Part shown: positions 27,282-37,687 of the stretch, piece by piece | How positions within the stretch are numbered: position 1 is the first letter of the stretch | How the letters are laid out: every line of letters starts with the position of its first letter | NCBI GenBank assembly: GCA_041652555.1 | Contig: JBAZHE010000001.1 | Location: 2,847-66,846, forward strand | Reading direction: 5' to 3' | DNA: 64,000 nucleotides | Source of the DNA: Patescibacteria group bacterium | Lineage (GTDB): Bacteria > Patescibacteriota > Patescibacteriia > Patescibacteriales > WJLG01 | Position numbers and translations under genes: made by a program | Notes under the pieces: generated by a model | Databases searched by the model: none | Told to the model about the DNA's origin: nothing | Seen by the model: only the letters and a program-made list of their open reading frames with translations

Positions 27282-28064
27282 TTATTTTTTTCGGTGTGTT
27301 TTGATGAAATTGGTGTATGGTTGGAGTAATTTTTTTAATTGGGCTTTTATTCCGCTAGTTCTGAATATAAAATGAAAGTAATTTTCAAATTTTCTAGCGT
27401 TGCGGTCAAGTTTAATTCCTTCACTCTTTGCAAATTTTACGGCGTCAAAAAGGTATACCCCTTTTAGAATGGCTGTACAAAAATAATTTATTACCGGCTC
27501 ATAATAAGCAAAAAATAATTCTTTGATTAAGCGTGAACGTTCTATGCCACCCTTAACTTCAAAATCCCACCCAGTTTCTCCTGGTTGAAGAAGTTTGATT
27601 AATTGTTGTTTGTTCCAAATAGCCGTTTGTGTTGAATTGCGATATAGAGCGTCTTTACTAATTAAACCAATGTCTGTCCTGTTTTGGTATGGCAGGTCTG
27701 GTTCTGGGCATGGAAAAAGTCTGATATAGGCGGCATTGGTTTTATCTGCCAAAGCTAAAGCTTGGAATATTTTTTTGTTATCGACTTTTGAGCGTAGAAA
27801 ATAATCTTCTTGAAAATATATAATATATTTTTCTGAAATTTGTTGAAGAGAGGTTATTAGGTTGCTCGACCATTTTAAGTCTGGGGTTATTGTCAATGCG
27901 TGCACTCTTTTGTCCGTATATTTTAAAGTATTGCTAATTAGATGTATTGTGAATGGGCAATCAGGCCAATAGCGAAAAAATAGAGTGAAAAAAGGTTTCC
28001 AAGCGTCACTGTAGGCATCACAGGAAGAGATAATGATTGTACAATTATTTTTTTCTTTTTTCAT
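27282..28064 (-). CDS. hypothetical glycan-cluster protein (possible glycosyltransferase)
   Basis: TIIISSCDAYSDAWKPFF...IIYFQEDYFL. No family named with confidence. ATG 28064 removes the overlap with the upstream gene. Confidence 0.55.
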   Translation of the reverse strand: MKKEKNNCTIIISSCDAYSDAWKPFFTLFFRYWPDCPFTIHLISNTLKYTDKRVHALTITPDLKWSSNLITSLQQISEKYIIYFQEDYFLRSKVDNKKIFQALALADKTNAAYIRLFPCPEPDLPYQNRTDIGLISKDALYRNSTQTAIWNKQQLIKLLQPGETGWDFEVKGGIERSRLIKELFFAYYEPVINYFCTAILKGVYLFDAVKFAKSEGIKLDRNARKFENYFHFIFRTSGIKAQLKKLLQPYTNFIKTHRKK

Positions 28065-28087
28065 ATAATTTTGGTTGGTGATTAATA

Positions 28088-29026
28088 TTACCAATAACAA
28101 CCATTTTCAACTTTTTTTGCCCCTCCTGGAGTTTCTTCTGGCAATGGCCGTACCCAGTGTTTGTTGTAAAATTTGGAAACGGAAGGGAGGCTGTCCCATC
28201 TTCCCCCTTTTATACCAAAAAGTATTTGAGTCGCTCCGCCTAAATGGATGGCTTGTTTACCAAGGCTTTTAATGTAGGCGGCTAGAGGCAGGCCATAAGC
28301 CCCAGCACCGATAATAGCGAGATCAAAATCTTTAGTGGCAATTTTATTTTTCATTTTTTCTAGGGCCGAAAACCAATCAGTAAATTCGGTTTTTTCTCCC
28401 GCCGCTGATTGAACAGCAGTAATAGTTTGTAAGTTGAATTTTGGCAAGACTGAATGATCAGAAAAAATATTTTTTTGATTATTTTTATATTGAGAGAGTA
28501 TAGTTTTGCTGCATGGGTGAATGACTAAGATTTTTTTACCTTCAAGTTTAGAGCTCCATGGATTTTGGTGATAATATGGTTCAATACATTTTAAATCGGC
28601 CAATTTAGCTTTAGGACATAATTTATGGCAAATATAATCTTCATTCTTGTTATACCAAACACCAACTAAATCGGTTGATTTTAAGTTAGCAATAAATATT
28701 TTACAGAATTTATCTAAGCTTTCATCATTGATAGGAAAAAAACCGGCGTTATTTTCCATCGTTTTTTTGATGAAATCAGGATAGTTTATTTTTGATTTTT
28801 GTCTTTTAGTTAAATAGAAGTGTAAGCAGTCTAGTTCGACGCTACCTATTCGGGCGACTAAATATGGCTGGTTACTATTTAGCATAGTGCTAATTAAATT
28901 GTTGCCTGATTGTGCAGCTAAAACCTTTTTGCCATATTTGCTAATACCAAGACCAGCCAGGATTGCTGATAGTTTAAATCGGCCTGATTTCACTTTGTTT
29001 TTTAATTGGTATAAAAAGTGTTTCAT
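28088..29026 (-). CDS. hypothetical glycan-cluster protein (possible GT-D/DUF1792-like)
   Basis: C-terminal AIIGAGAYGLPLAAYIKSLGKQAIHLGG. The family assignment is tentative. Confidence 0.5.
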   Translation of the reverse strand: MKHFLYQLKNKVKSGRFKLSAILAGLGISKYGKKVLAAQSGNNLISTMLNSNQPYLVARIGSVELDCLHFYLTKRQKSKINYPDFIKKTMENNAGFFPINDESLDKFCKIFIANLKSTDLVGVWYNKNEDYICHKLCPKAKLADLKCIEPYYHQNPWSSKLEGKKILVIHPCSKTILSQYKNNQKNIFSDHSVLPKFNLQTITAVQSAAGEKTEFTDWFSALEKMKNKIATKDFDLAIIGAGAYGLPLAAYIKSLGKQAIHLGGATQILFGIKGGRWDSLPSVSKFYNKHWVRPLPEETPGGAKKVENGCYW

Positions 29027-29090
29027 ATTATACTGGATTTAACCTTTAATCTGTTTTGAGAATGATAACAAGATATTAAAATATTTTTGG

Positions 29091-30131
29091 TTATTTTCGG
29101 CGGGTAGCTTTAGTTATTATTTTTTTAAAATTTTCTAGGGAAAAGAGGTATAAGCAATTAAGCTGAAAGATAATCCCAACCGTTTTTTTATTAGTAAAGG
29201 TAGATGAAATAAAATTGTTGATTTTTTCCTTGTCTTTTAGCCATTGTCCGTAGCCCTCCGTGGCTAATTTTTTGGAATTTTCTCGCACTTCTTCCCAGTG
29301 GCTTAAATTAATTTTCTGGCCGTTATTTAAATTAAACAGATAGCCATTTTCGCCATTTTTCAAATATTCATTCATTGTCGCCTCATTGTTGGCGATAATA
29401 CACATACCCATTGCTAAGGCTTCTAAAAAGCTCATTCCTATGCCTTCTTTTTTTCTGGGTGAGATGAAAATATTAGCTTTTGCTAGCATGTCGAAATAAG
29501 CTTCAGTAGAAATAAAATTATCATTAACAATCTTTATTTTAAACTCTTTTAAATCAGTCTGGGAAATATCTTCATGAGCGTAGCCTGGATCGGGATTGGA
29601 GCGAATAGTTAGGCTGTCAATTTGGCTTGGGTCAAGTACTTTCTTTAAATCGCTAAATTTTATGTTTCCTCGATACCAAAAAAACAAATGTTTACCTTCT
29701 TTTGGTAAATTGTAATTATACTTTTCAGGGTTTTTGTAATATTTTACCTTAAGACTTTCTATTTTAAATTTACAACAGTAATGACTGACTTTTTCTGAAA
29801 AGCTGATAATTTTTAAAGGAATGAGTGATAATTTTTTCCAATAAAGATTGTTTTTTCCGATTCCATCATACATTGGTGCCCAGATAATTTTTGCTGTTAT
29901 TTTTTTTAACTCTTTAAAAGGATTAAGTACTTGAAAATAAAAAACATAGTCATATTTATTGATTTCTTCAACAGGAACGCGGTCTTCGCCCATCCAGGAA
30001 TTATCCCAATAATCGGTGATAATGAAATTTTCCGCAAACAACTCTCTCAAAAAGTCACCGCTCTTGGTGTTTTTGTGAAAAGAGTGATCAATGAAAGCCA
30101 TTAATGGTTTACCTGTTTTTTCTTTATTCAT
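29091..30131 (-). CDS. GT-B glycosyltransferase
   Basis: C-terminal EGIGMSFLEALAMGMCIIANNEATMNEY (E-x7-E). Confidence 0.75.
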   Translation of the reverse strand: MNKEKTGKPLMAFIDHSFHKNTKSGDFLRELFAENFIITDYWDNSWMGEDRVPVEEINKYDYVFYFQVLNPFKELKKITAKIIWAPMYDGIGKNNLYWKKLSLIPLKIISFSEKVSHYCCKFKIESLKVKYYKNPEKYNYNLPKEGKHLFFWYRGNIKFSDLKKVLDPSQIDSLTIRSNPDPGYAHEDISQTDLKEFKIKIVNDNFISTEAYFDMLAKANIFISPRKKEGIGMSFLEALAMGMCIIANNEATMNEYLKNGENGYLFNLNNGQKINLSHWEEVRENSKKLATEGYGQWLKDKEKINNFISSTFTNKKTVGIIFQLNCLYLFSLENFKKIITKATRRK

Positions 30132-31293
30132 TTTTTGATTGCTTATAAATAAGAGAAATGTATTTTTTAAACTTTTCTAGAAAAATATTTTCGGAAAAAT
30201 TATTTTTAGTATAATCCATTACGGTACTTGCTTCTTTAATATTACAAGGAGAATCATCGGTTGATTTTATAAAGCTTATTAGTTCTTCTATGGTATTGTT
30301 TTTTAGTTGATGACCGACTTGGTCTATGTCTAGGCATGATTCACGACTAATAACTGGTATTAATCCGTAAGACATTGCCCAAAGCACTGCTCCTGGGCTA
30401 CCTTCTCCACAACTAGGGTAAATATAGTAGTTGCATAAAGACATTATATCTCTTGATTTTTTGGAAAATTCTTTAACAAATCCAATGTAATGAATGTTTT
30501 TTGTTTCAAAGAGTTCGTGATGGTAGATTTTAGCAAAATATTCATTTAGTTTAGTGCAGATGTATAAATGTTTGTCCGGAGTTTGTGTAAAGGCTTCTAG
30601 GAGGAGATCTAGCCCTTTGTGAATATTTCCTGGTCCGCTTAAAAATAGAAAATTATTTTTATCTGCTAAAAAATCTTTTTTTTCTAAATTAAATTTTGTA
30701 TCGAGGCGACAGAAATTATCTAACATGTAAACTTTAGAGAAGTCTGTATATGTTTTTCGGCAAAATTCATTACCCAAGGAGATAATAGCATCAGCTTTTT
30801 GCAATGCACCTTCCTCGGATTCGCTGATTATTCGGTCTGGTTGGAATTCACAATTTTTTCGCGTACTGGCATTTTTTAGCCGTTGTGCTTCGGATGAGTT
30901 CCAGAATTTCCAGTAAAGTCCAGTGGAAAAGAATATTTTAACACAATCTCGGTTAAGTTGTTTTTCTAATTTTTCAAAGTTTTTTCCAGCATGGCCAATA
31001 AATACATCGTATTTTTTTGTTGGCACAAATTCTGTATTCTGCCAGCTAATTATATCAACGACAAAACCTAGCTCGTTAAGAGCTCTAGCTATACTCTTAA
31101 CAATACTCCAGCTGTTGTGTTTTGTGCTGGTAGAAAGTGAAGAAGAAAATAGGAAAGGTCTGGGTAAGTAGGAGAGCAGTGCGGTTTTTGGTTTAATATT
31201 TTTAGGTAGATATTTTTTATACCCTAAGATAACCGATTTTTCACAGAGAGCTTCCCATACTTGAATTAATTTTTTAAGATTTTTTTTAATCAT
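30124..31293 (-). CDS. GT-B glycosyltransferase
   Basis: C-terminal GEGSPGAVLWAMSYGLIPVISRES in a GT-B-like arrangement. Confidence 0.7.
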   Translation of the reverse strand: MIKKNLKKLIQVWEALCEKSVILGYKKYLPKNIKPKTALLSYLPRPFLFSSSLSTSTKHNSWSIVKSIARALNELGFVVDIISWQNTEFVPTKKYDVFIGHAGKNFEKLEKQLNRDCVKIFFSTGLYWKFWNSSEAQRLKNASTRKNCEFQPDRIISESEEGALQKADAIISLGNEFCRKTYTDFSKVYMLDNFCRLDTKFNLEKKDFLADKNNFLFLSGPGNIHKGLDLLLEAFTQTPDKHLYICTKLNEYFAKIYHHELFETKNIHYIGFVKEFSKKSRDIMSLCNYYIYPSCGEGSPGAVLWAMSYGLIPVISRESCLDIDQVGHQLKNNTIEELISFIKSTDDSPCNIKEASTVMDYTKNNFSENIFLEKFKKYISLIYKQSKNE

Positions 31294-32009
31294 TTTTTAA
31301 AAATAAACGGAGAGAGAGCAAGGGTATCTTCTTCTATTTCGCTTGAAATAGTGAATGGTCCATTAAATTGTCCATTAATAAAATTTTCCTCAACTCGTCC
31401 GTGCTTTTCCAGGATAGTTTTAAGTTCGCCTTGATTCCATTCGCGTAGATGCCAATAATTTTTTGGCTTGCCGTCTGGATTGGTGTATTCAGGTCGGCGA
31501 TTGGGGGTGTTTATAAATACGCCCCTCTTGCTAACGCGGAGTAACTCGTCTAAGAATTTATCATAATCTTTAACATGCTCTAATACGTCGACTGAGCTAA
31601 CTATGTCAAAATAATTATCAGGATAATCTAGATGATAGCCATCGTAGATTTTTAAATCTTTCAATTTAGGGTTTTTTCCTACAGTGGTTGCGCGACAATA
31701 ATTTAAAACTTTTTCATCGATATCAATACCACTGACTTCTTTGGCCTTAATAGATAAAGTACTTAAGCCATAACCGAGACCAAATCCCACGTCTAAAACT
31801 TTATCGTTTTCTTGGACATACTTGTTCATGCATAGAAAATAAGCTTCAAGTTGTTCTGGGATGAAGCTGCCAGCACCAAAAACAGTGGAGTATTCCTCTG
31901 GTTTTGGTTTACGATAACGAGTCATCTTTTCTTGGTCGTTCATCTTTACTAGCTTTAAGCTAAAAACGGCAAAAAACTTTTTTATTACTTTGATTAGAAA
32001 TTTTTTCAT
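31290..32009 (-). CDS. class I SAM-dependent methyltransferase
   Basis: Motif I VLDVGFGLGYG, followed by FDIVSSVDVLEHV. Confidence 0.85.
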   Translation of the reverse strand: MKKFLIKVIKKFFAVFSLKLVKMNDQEKMTRYRKPKPEEYSTVFGAGSFIPEQLEAYFLCMNKYVQENDKVLDVGFGLGYGLSTLSIKAKEVSGIDIDEKVLNYCRATTVGKNPKLKDLKIYDGYHLDYPDNYFDIVSSVDVLEHVKDYDKFLDELLRVSKRGVFINTPNRRPEYTNPDGKPKNYWHLREWNQGELKTILEKHGRVEENFINGQFNGPFTISSEIEEDTLALSPFIFKK

Positions 32010-32104
32010 AAATCAATGGTTGGAGTGATTAAGGTTGATTAAAATTTATCACAAAAGAACAACTATCAAATTAAAATTAGTTAAATATTTTATTAAAGCT
32101 CGGG

Positions 32105-32641
32105 CTAGTCTTGATTGATGTACTTGATTAATTTGGCCGGATTTCCGGCGACTACTGCATTATCGGCTACATTTTTAGTAACTATACTACCAGCACCAAC
32201 GACAGCATTTTCACCAATAGTTATTCCCCCTAAAATTATAGCACCGGAGCCAATCCAGGCACCTTTTTTTATTAAGATTGGTGCTTCTGAAATATCATCT
32301 TGCCGATTTTGTAAAGTTTCATTATAATCATGTTTTCTAGCTAATAACATGACGCGATGTCCGAAAAAAACATAATCTTGAATTTCAATTGATCCATTGT
32401 TGTCACCAGCGCTGAGTAAGGCATCGACCAAGTTAACATTATTGCCAACGGTGATATTATTAGCACCATGAAAAACTCGGAAGCCGGTAAATATTTTTAC
32501 TAGTTTGCCAACTTTTTTGAGCTTAAAAAAATATTTTAGTCGTATCTGGGTTATAAAAAAAGACAATATAATAATGGTTTTTTTCTTTTTTTGAGATAAT
32601 TTTACAAGAAAAGAATTTTTTTGTGTAATAAAGTTTTTCAT
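32105..32641 (-). CDS. hexapeptide-repeat (LbH) acetyltransferase
   Basis: C-terminal GAWIGSGAIILGGITIGENAVVGAGSIVTKNV hexapeptide repeats. ATG 32641 is preferred to TTG 32689. Confidence 0.85.
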   Translation of the reverse strand: MKNFITQKNSFLVKLSQKKKKTIIILSFFITQIRLKYFFKLKKVGKLVKIFTGFRVFHGANNITVGNNVNLVDALLSAGDNNGSIEIQDYVFFGHRVMLLARKHDYNETLQNRQDDISEAPILIKKGAWIGSGAIILGGITIGENAVVGAGSIVTKNVADNAVVAGNPAKLIKYINQD

Positions 32642-32697
32642 AGTTTTTGTATAAAACTTATTTCTTCTTTTTTGAACATAAAATGGCAAAGATTTTT

Positions 32698-33621
32698 TTA
32701 GCTGCTTTTTTTGGTGATAAATATGTTTTTCAAAACTAAGATTATTCGGTTTATTTTGCGTCTAGAAGCGCGATTAGTTTGAAGAAATTTAAAAAAGGCT
32801 GATCTAATTTTTTCTTGTTCATTATCGGTTTTGGGAAAACGTAGCTTGGTCGATTTAGAAGAATTTCTTTTTTCCCAAATAAGTTGCCATTTTATTGACC
32901 TTTCGTTAATATGAGTACCTTCTTCAAGACCGCTATTTTCTACCATGTTCCAAGTTGGCCAGATGAAAGATTGTTTATTTAATCGCATATTGATATTGCA
33001 ATAAACATCCCATCCGCCATTAATTTCTCCTTTAATCAACCATTTTGTCATCATTTCTAGATCGTCTTTAGCTGAAATTATATCGGCTTTAGATAGTTTG
33101 ATTTTCTTTATTAGGCTATCACGATTAAAATCGACTTTTTTCCAGAAACGTTTCCAAGTTCCCCAACCCCATGAGGAAAAATGTGGCAAAATGGCAACAT
33201 CATAGGGGTAGTTTTCTAAGTTTTCTTTGGGAAAGGAAAAACGGATTCCAGTGATACCAGAAATTTCCTGGTCGTCTTTATATTTTTCCAGACAAGTTTG
33301 CATGTAACTATAGAATTCTGGAGCGACGCAGATATCGTCTTCTACACAGATTACCGATTCATATTTTTCTAAAACTTTGTTAACTCCAAAAATTACTGAG
33401 GCGGATAATCCTAAGTTTTTCTTTTGGTAGAATTTTTCTGTTTTAACCCAGTCAATTTGATCAAGTATTTTTCGAACTTTATCAACTTTAATTTCATCAG
33501 TCACATCTTTTGGTCCATCTGAAAATATATACAATAAATCAATTTTATTATTTTTTAAGCATTCTATAGTTCTAGGTAAAATATTGGAGCGATTATAAGC
33601 AAATAGGATTACAGGGGTCAT
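32698..33621 (-). CDS. GT-A glycosyltransferase resembling the GnT-I (GT13) catalytic region
   Basis: TPVILFAYNRSNIL...IFSDGPK...VICVEDDICVAPEFYSYM parallels the animal GnT-I segment EDDLEVAPDFFEYF. ATG 33621 is preferred to TTG 33657. Confidence 0.6.
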   Translation of the reverse strand: MTPVILFAYNRSNILPRTIECLKNNKIDLLYIFSDGPKDVTDEIKVDKVRKILDQIDWVKTEKFYQKKNLGLSASVIFGVNKVLEKYESVICVEDDICVAPEFYSYMQTCLEKYKDDQEISGITGIRFSFPKENLENYPYDVAILPHFSSWGWGTWKRFWKKVDFNRDSLIKKIKLSKADIISAKDDLEMMTKWLIKGEINGGWDVYCNINMRLNKQSFIWPTWNMVENSGLEEGTHINERSIKWQLIWEKRNSSKSTKLRFPKTDNEQEKIRSAFFKFLQTNRASRRKINRIILVLKNIFITKKSS

Positions 33622-33836
33622 ATTGCTAAATAAGTAAAATATTAATGTTTTAAACAATTGTCTAGGTAGTATTATGTGATATTTTGTGGAAACTATTATT
33701 TTTAGAAGTTCTGGACGCTCTCAGTTTATCATGTTTTTTTGTTAGAATCAATACTTATAATATGACAAGTTTGGTTATTTTTAGTAAAATTGCTAGATTT
33801 TTTAATATTAGGTAATGCCTTGATAATTGACATTGA

Positions 33837-35090
33837 TTAGGATTTTTTAAAAAGGATAGCGAGGATTATCCAACTTAAACCTTCTGTAAAGATAAGAGAA
33901 AAAATCATTCCCCAAATTCCAAAGAACGGGAGTAGGGTTAGGAATAAGACAATTTTTATTATTGGGATTATAGTATTGGCTATGTATAACTCTTTTTTCT
34001 TTCCTTTAGCGGTGAGGGCAATAGAAAAAAGTGACTTGGATTGAAAAAGCAGAATGAGTGAAAGAACTTGAGTGTATATTATTGCCGGCGCATATTTTGG
34101 TAAAATAATTTTAAAAACAAAAGGAGCTAATAAGATATAACCTACGACTATTGGAAGAACAAGTAATGTTAGTCTTAGCACTTTTTTAGGAATAATTTTT
34201 TTCAGATCAGTTTCTGATTTTTCACCTGCCTTTGGAATTGCTAATGAATTTACATTACCCATAATAAAATCCTGTATTTTTGTAATTGGGGCGGCCGCGA
34301 AGGCGTAGATGGCGGCCGGGGCGGCGCCGAGCCATTGGAAAATTAAGATATCGTCAATTTGTGAGGCGACAATACCTAAAATATTCATTACGGTTAAGTG
34401 TTTGCCAAAATTAATTACGGCTGGGTTTTTCTTCTGGTTGGGCGGGAACATTCGCCAGTATTTAATTATAAAATAAAATCTAATTATTATTCTTGGAAAA
34501 TAGAATGATAATATTATAAGAGGAATGCTTTTGGTGAGAAGCAAGGTGATAATAATAAGGCTTGAGCTGATTATTTTTTCAACTATGTTGTTTGAACTAT
34601 AATGTTTAAATTGTTTCTTGCCAAGTAAAAAAGCATTATAAAGATAGAGCGATTCGACGAGTGGGACGAGGATGCTGACAATGGCAAAACTTAAGCCGAG
34701 AATTGAATTGCCGTGCCAGAAATAATAAATAGAAAAAGACAAAGAAACTAAACAGGCGGTTATGCCGAATTTTAATTTAGTTTTAAGAGCTTTAATATAT
34801 GAGCCTTCGTATCCGGCTGCGACAGAAAAGGTGATAGCCGTGTCTATGCCCGGGAGCATAAAAATTGAGAACATCGCCGCCATAGACAAGACATATTGAT
34901 AAATGCCGTAATCTTCTCGGCTCATGAGATTGGCGAAAGCAATAATTGAAATAGCGCCAAGAGTATTGAAAGCTATTTTTTCAAAAGTAATCCAAAAACC
35001 ACCCTTCGCAATATAGAGCATATCGGTTTTGGTCCATTTTTGCGACCAAAGCAGTAAGGATTTTATTTTTTGTTTTAATTTTTCTAGCAT
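33837..35090 (-). CDS. wzx: polysaccharide flippase (Wzx/MOP family)
   Basis: 417 aa with about 12 TM helices, located in a glycan cluster. Confidence 0.75.
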   Translation of the reverse strand: MLEKLKQKIKSLLLWSQKWTKTDMLYIAKGGFWITFEKIAFNTLGAISIIAFANLMSREDYGIYQYVLSMAAMFSIFMLPGIDTAITFSVAAGYEGSYIKALKTKLKFGITACLVSLSFSIYYFWHGNSILGLSFAIVSILVPLVESLYLYNAFLLGKKQFKHYSSNNIVEKIISSSLIIITLLLTKSIPLIILSFYFPRIIIRFYFIIKYWRMFPPNQKKNPAVINFGKHLTVMNILGIVASQIDDILIFQWLGAAPAAIYAFAAAPITKIQDFIMGNVNSLAIPKAGEKSETDLKKIIPKKVLRLTLLVLPIVVGYILLAPFVFKIILPKYAPAIIYTQVLSLILLFQSKSLFSIALTAKGKKKELYIANTIIPIIKIVLFLTLLPFFGIWGMIFSLIFTEGLSWIILAILFKKS

Positions 35091-35111
35091 TGAATTCTTT
35101 GAAGTTAAGTT

Positions 35112-35879
35112 TTATTTAGTGAACCAGAAACAGCCACAGGCATACTCTTCTTTGTCCGAATCTTCTTTAGTTGCTTCAAAATTTGGAATGCGTTTATTGG
35201 AGCTGGGAATTAAGGTGAAATTATTTAGTTTTAATTCTTTAAAATTATCGATTATCATTTGGTAAGAATAAATTCTATGGGCATTGAACATTATTTTTGC
35301 TTGGCCGATTGGAACGACAAAAAGTAAACTTCCGTCAGGAGACAGGACTCTTTTTAATTCAGAAATTGCTTTTAGATCTCCGGCCGGGTCAAGCGAGTCT
35401 CCGTAGCGTCCAAGGCCAACATGTTCGACGGTGTGCATGCAGGAAAGCGATTTAACACTTTCATTAGCAAAAGGAAGTTTTAATAAGTCAGCTTGGTTAG
35501 ATTCTAGCCCTTTTAAAGTAAGATTGGCGGGGCGATAATCATAGAATTTAACTGGGACAAAAGCTGAAACAATTGAACAAAATGTTAAGGTTGAAGAAAT
35601 ATCAACGTGAAATTCCGGCTTAGTTTGAGCGATAACACGAGCTGCCCAGGCTGGATGATAAATATAATGGGTGTCAAAATTGGTGTCAGCCGTGGCTTCG
35701 CCAAGACAAGGAAAACGATTTGACCAGTTAAGTGAAAAACGTTTGTCATTATTTTTTTTGAAAGATATAAAATCAATGATAAAAGATGAGTAATATATTA
35801 CCCACTTTATTTTTAATATTGTTGAGCGATAAATCCAGCGTAGAGTTTTTGACTTTTTTATTTTTTTTAATATTTTCAT
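35112..35879 (-). CDS. SAM-methyltransferase-like protein (DUF268-like)
   Basis: SLSCMHTVEHVGLGRYGDSLDPAGDLKAISELKRVLSPDGSLLFVVP resembles the methyltransferase post-motif region. Confidence 0.6.
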   Translation of the reverse strand: MKILKKIKKSKTLRWIYRSTILKIKWVIYYSSFIIDFISFKKNNDKRFSLNWSNRFPCLGEATADTNFDTHYIYHPAWAARVIAQTKPEFHVDISSTLTFCSIVSAFVPVKFYDYRPANLTLKGLESNQADLLKLPFANESVKSLSCMHTVEHVGLGRYGDSLDPAGDLKAISELKRVLSPDGSLLFVVPIGQAKIMFNAHRIYSYQMIIDNFKELKLNNFTLIPSSNKRIPNFEATKEDSDKEEYACGCFWFTK

Positions 35880-35905
35880 GGGTTGGTTTTATTTTAAGGA
35901 TTATT

Positions 35906-36889
35906 TTATTTTTTATAGGCGCAATGAATATTTAGCCATTCAGCAAAAGACACTTCATGCTTATCCCAAAAATTTTCTTGGTTGTAAAGATGGTGGCGGC
36001 GTTCATGTAAGCGGGCGTATTTGTGCCAGTAGAGATCGATATCTTCCGCATCAATAATACAGAAATGATTGGCTAGAGTCTTGTGGGAGTCTTCATGAGT
36101 CCAAGTCAATGTTCGCCCGATAGATTTTAAGAAATTTGAAGATAATTTTCTTTCGCATATCGGGAATTCTTCTTGTTCGATGGGCCCTCTTTGTCCAGCT
36201 TTGATTTTAGCGGTTTCAGTAGCCAGGGCAGCGGCATATTCTGGTAATTCTGTGGGAGTATTCCAATAAATAAGCATATCGTCGAGTTGTCCAAAAATCA
36301 GCATGTCGGAAATTTCATGCATCCGATTACGGAAGGTGTCTAAGTTGACACTGATAATTCTTTGTTTCTGTGCGTAGCCAGTTGGCACTGGAAATGTTTT
36401 TTGTAGATTAATGAAATATTCCAAAGCTGATGGATTATGAAATCTTTGATCGGTGCGAGTTTTTAAAATATATTGCGCTCCAAACTCTTGAGCTTTTTCT
36501 AATCCGCCGTTAGTGGAAATGATTTGAAAATTAATATTGCCGATGCCACTATAGGTTGGTTTTTTGTTTAAAACTATTTCAATGCCAAGTGCCTTTATTT
36601 CTTCTATGTATTTACTTTTTTCGTCTTCCCAAGTGGAAAGAATTAGAATGGCTGATGGAAAATTGTGGCGATAAATTTTTAGTGTTTCTCTGGTGAAATT
36701 TTTTTCGTATAAAACTTGACCTTGTATTACGATGGCGCAAAGCGGGAGTTTTGAAAAAGTTATCGGCGCTATTTTAACAGTGTCTGCTTTGATTGGGCGC
36801 AGATGAAAAGTGAAAAAAAATCCAAACAGATTTTCGGCTTGATAGATAGTTTTTTTTATCAGATCGATAAATAATTCTTTTATTTTCAT
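35906..36889 (-). CDS. hypothetical glycan-biosynthesis protein (possibly WavE-like)
   Basis: ORF in operon context with a 4-nt overlap with the upstream gene. YILKTRTDQRF is reminiscent of WavE, which is weak evidence. Confidence 0.5.
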   Translation of the reverse strand: MKIKELFIDLIKKTIYQAENLFGFFFTFHLRPIKADTVKIAPITFSKLPLCAIVIQGQVLYEKNFTRETLKIYRHNFPSAILILSTWEDEKSKYIEEIKALGIEIVLNKKPTYSGIGNINFQIISTNGGLEKAQEFGAQYILKTRTDQRFHNPSALEYFINLQKTFPVPTGYAQKQRIISVNLDTFRNRMHEISDMLIFGQLDDMLIYWNTPTELPEYAAALATETAKIKAGQRGPIEQEEFPICERKLSSNFLKSIGRTLTWTHEDSHKTLANHFCIIDAEDIDLYWHKYARLHERRHHLYNQENFWDKHEVSFAEWLNIHCAYKK

Positions 36890-37680
36890 GGGTTGATGGT
36901 TATAAATTTTTTTAATTTTTCAGAAAGTTTTTGATAAACTTCATTGTTATAGTGATACGGGAAGGGATCGGTTTTTATTTTCTCCGTGATTTCTTCCTCG
37001 GTAAGAAAAATGTTTTTTACATATGGCTTTTCGGTTGATATTTTTTGCATAATTTGTAGGATCGCGGTTCCACGCTCTTTGTATTCCAGCCGAACGTCAA
37101 AAAGAGAAGGATAGTGGATGAAATAAACGTTTTTTTCTGGGTATTTTTTTTCGAACCAAGTAAAAAAAGCGCGATAAGATTCTTCCAGTTTTTCTAATGG
37201 CAGAACGCCTTCTATTTTGAAATTATTTTTAAATTCATCAGTGAGGTAAAGGTCTTCAAAGTGGCAGCAGAATGACCATTTGTCTTTAATGTTGGTAAAT
37301 TTTTTGTCGGTAAGTTCCGCAAAAGAATCCATGGTTAAATACTTTATTTTTTTTATTTTTAACCATGGTAATTTTTCTTGCTGTTTTAAGTGTTCAAAAA
37401 TTGCCGGGTCGCGAAAATATTTTTTAATTTCTCTGCTTTTTGGACGGGGGGAATCTTTTAGCCATTTCAGAAATAAATCAACTCGGACTTTTTGCTGGTT
37501 GATAGCAACCATTTTTTTACCATTCTTTTTGCAGATTCGTAGAAGATCGTTTCCTAAGCAGGCAGTACGGCTGATAATAATGTGATTTTTTAGATTAGGT
37601 AAAAATGGCGCTATTTTTTTAATTATGGCAATGGCGAGTGGCAAAGAATTATTTTTAAATGATGTGTTGATCAGTTTCAT
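36886..37680 (-). CDS. hypothetical protein (264 aa)
   Basis: ORF in operon context with no family recognised. Confidence 0.5.
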   Translation of the reverse strand: MKLINTSFKNNSLPLAIAIIKKIAPFLPNLKNHIIISRTACLGNDLLRICKKNGKKMVAINQQKVRVDLFLKWLKDSPRPKSREIKKYFRDPAIFEHLKQQEKLPWLKIKKIKYLTMDSFAELTDKKFTNIKDKWSFCCHFEDLYLTDEFKNNFKIEGVLPLEKLEESYRAFFTWFEKKYPEKNVYFIHYPSLFDVRLEYKERGTAILQIMQKISTEKPYVKNIFLTEEEITEKIKTDPFPYHYNNEVYQKLSEKLKKFITINP

Positions 37681-37687
37681 TTTGTCG

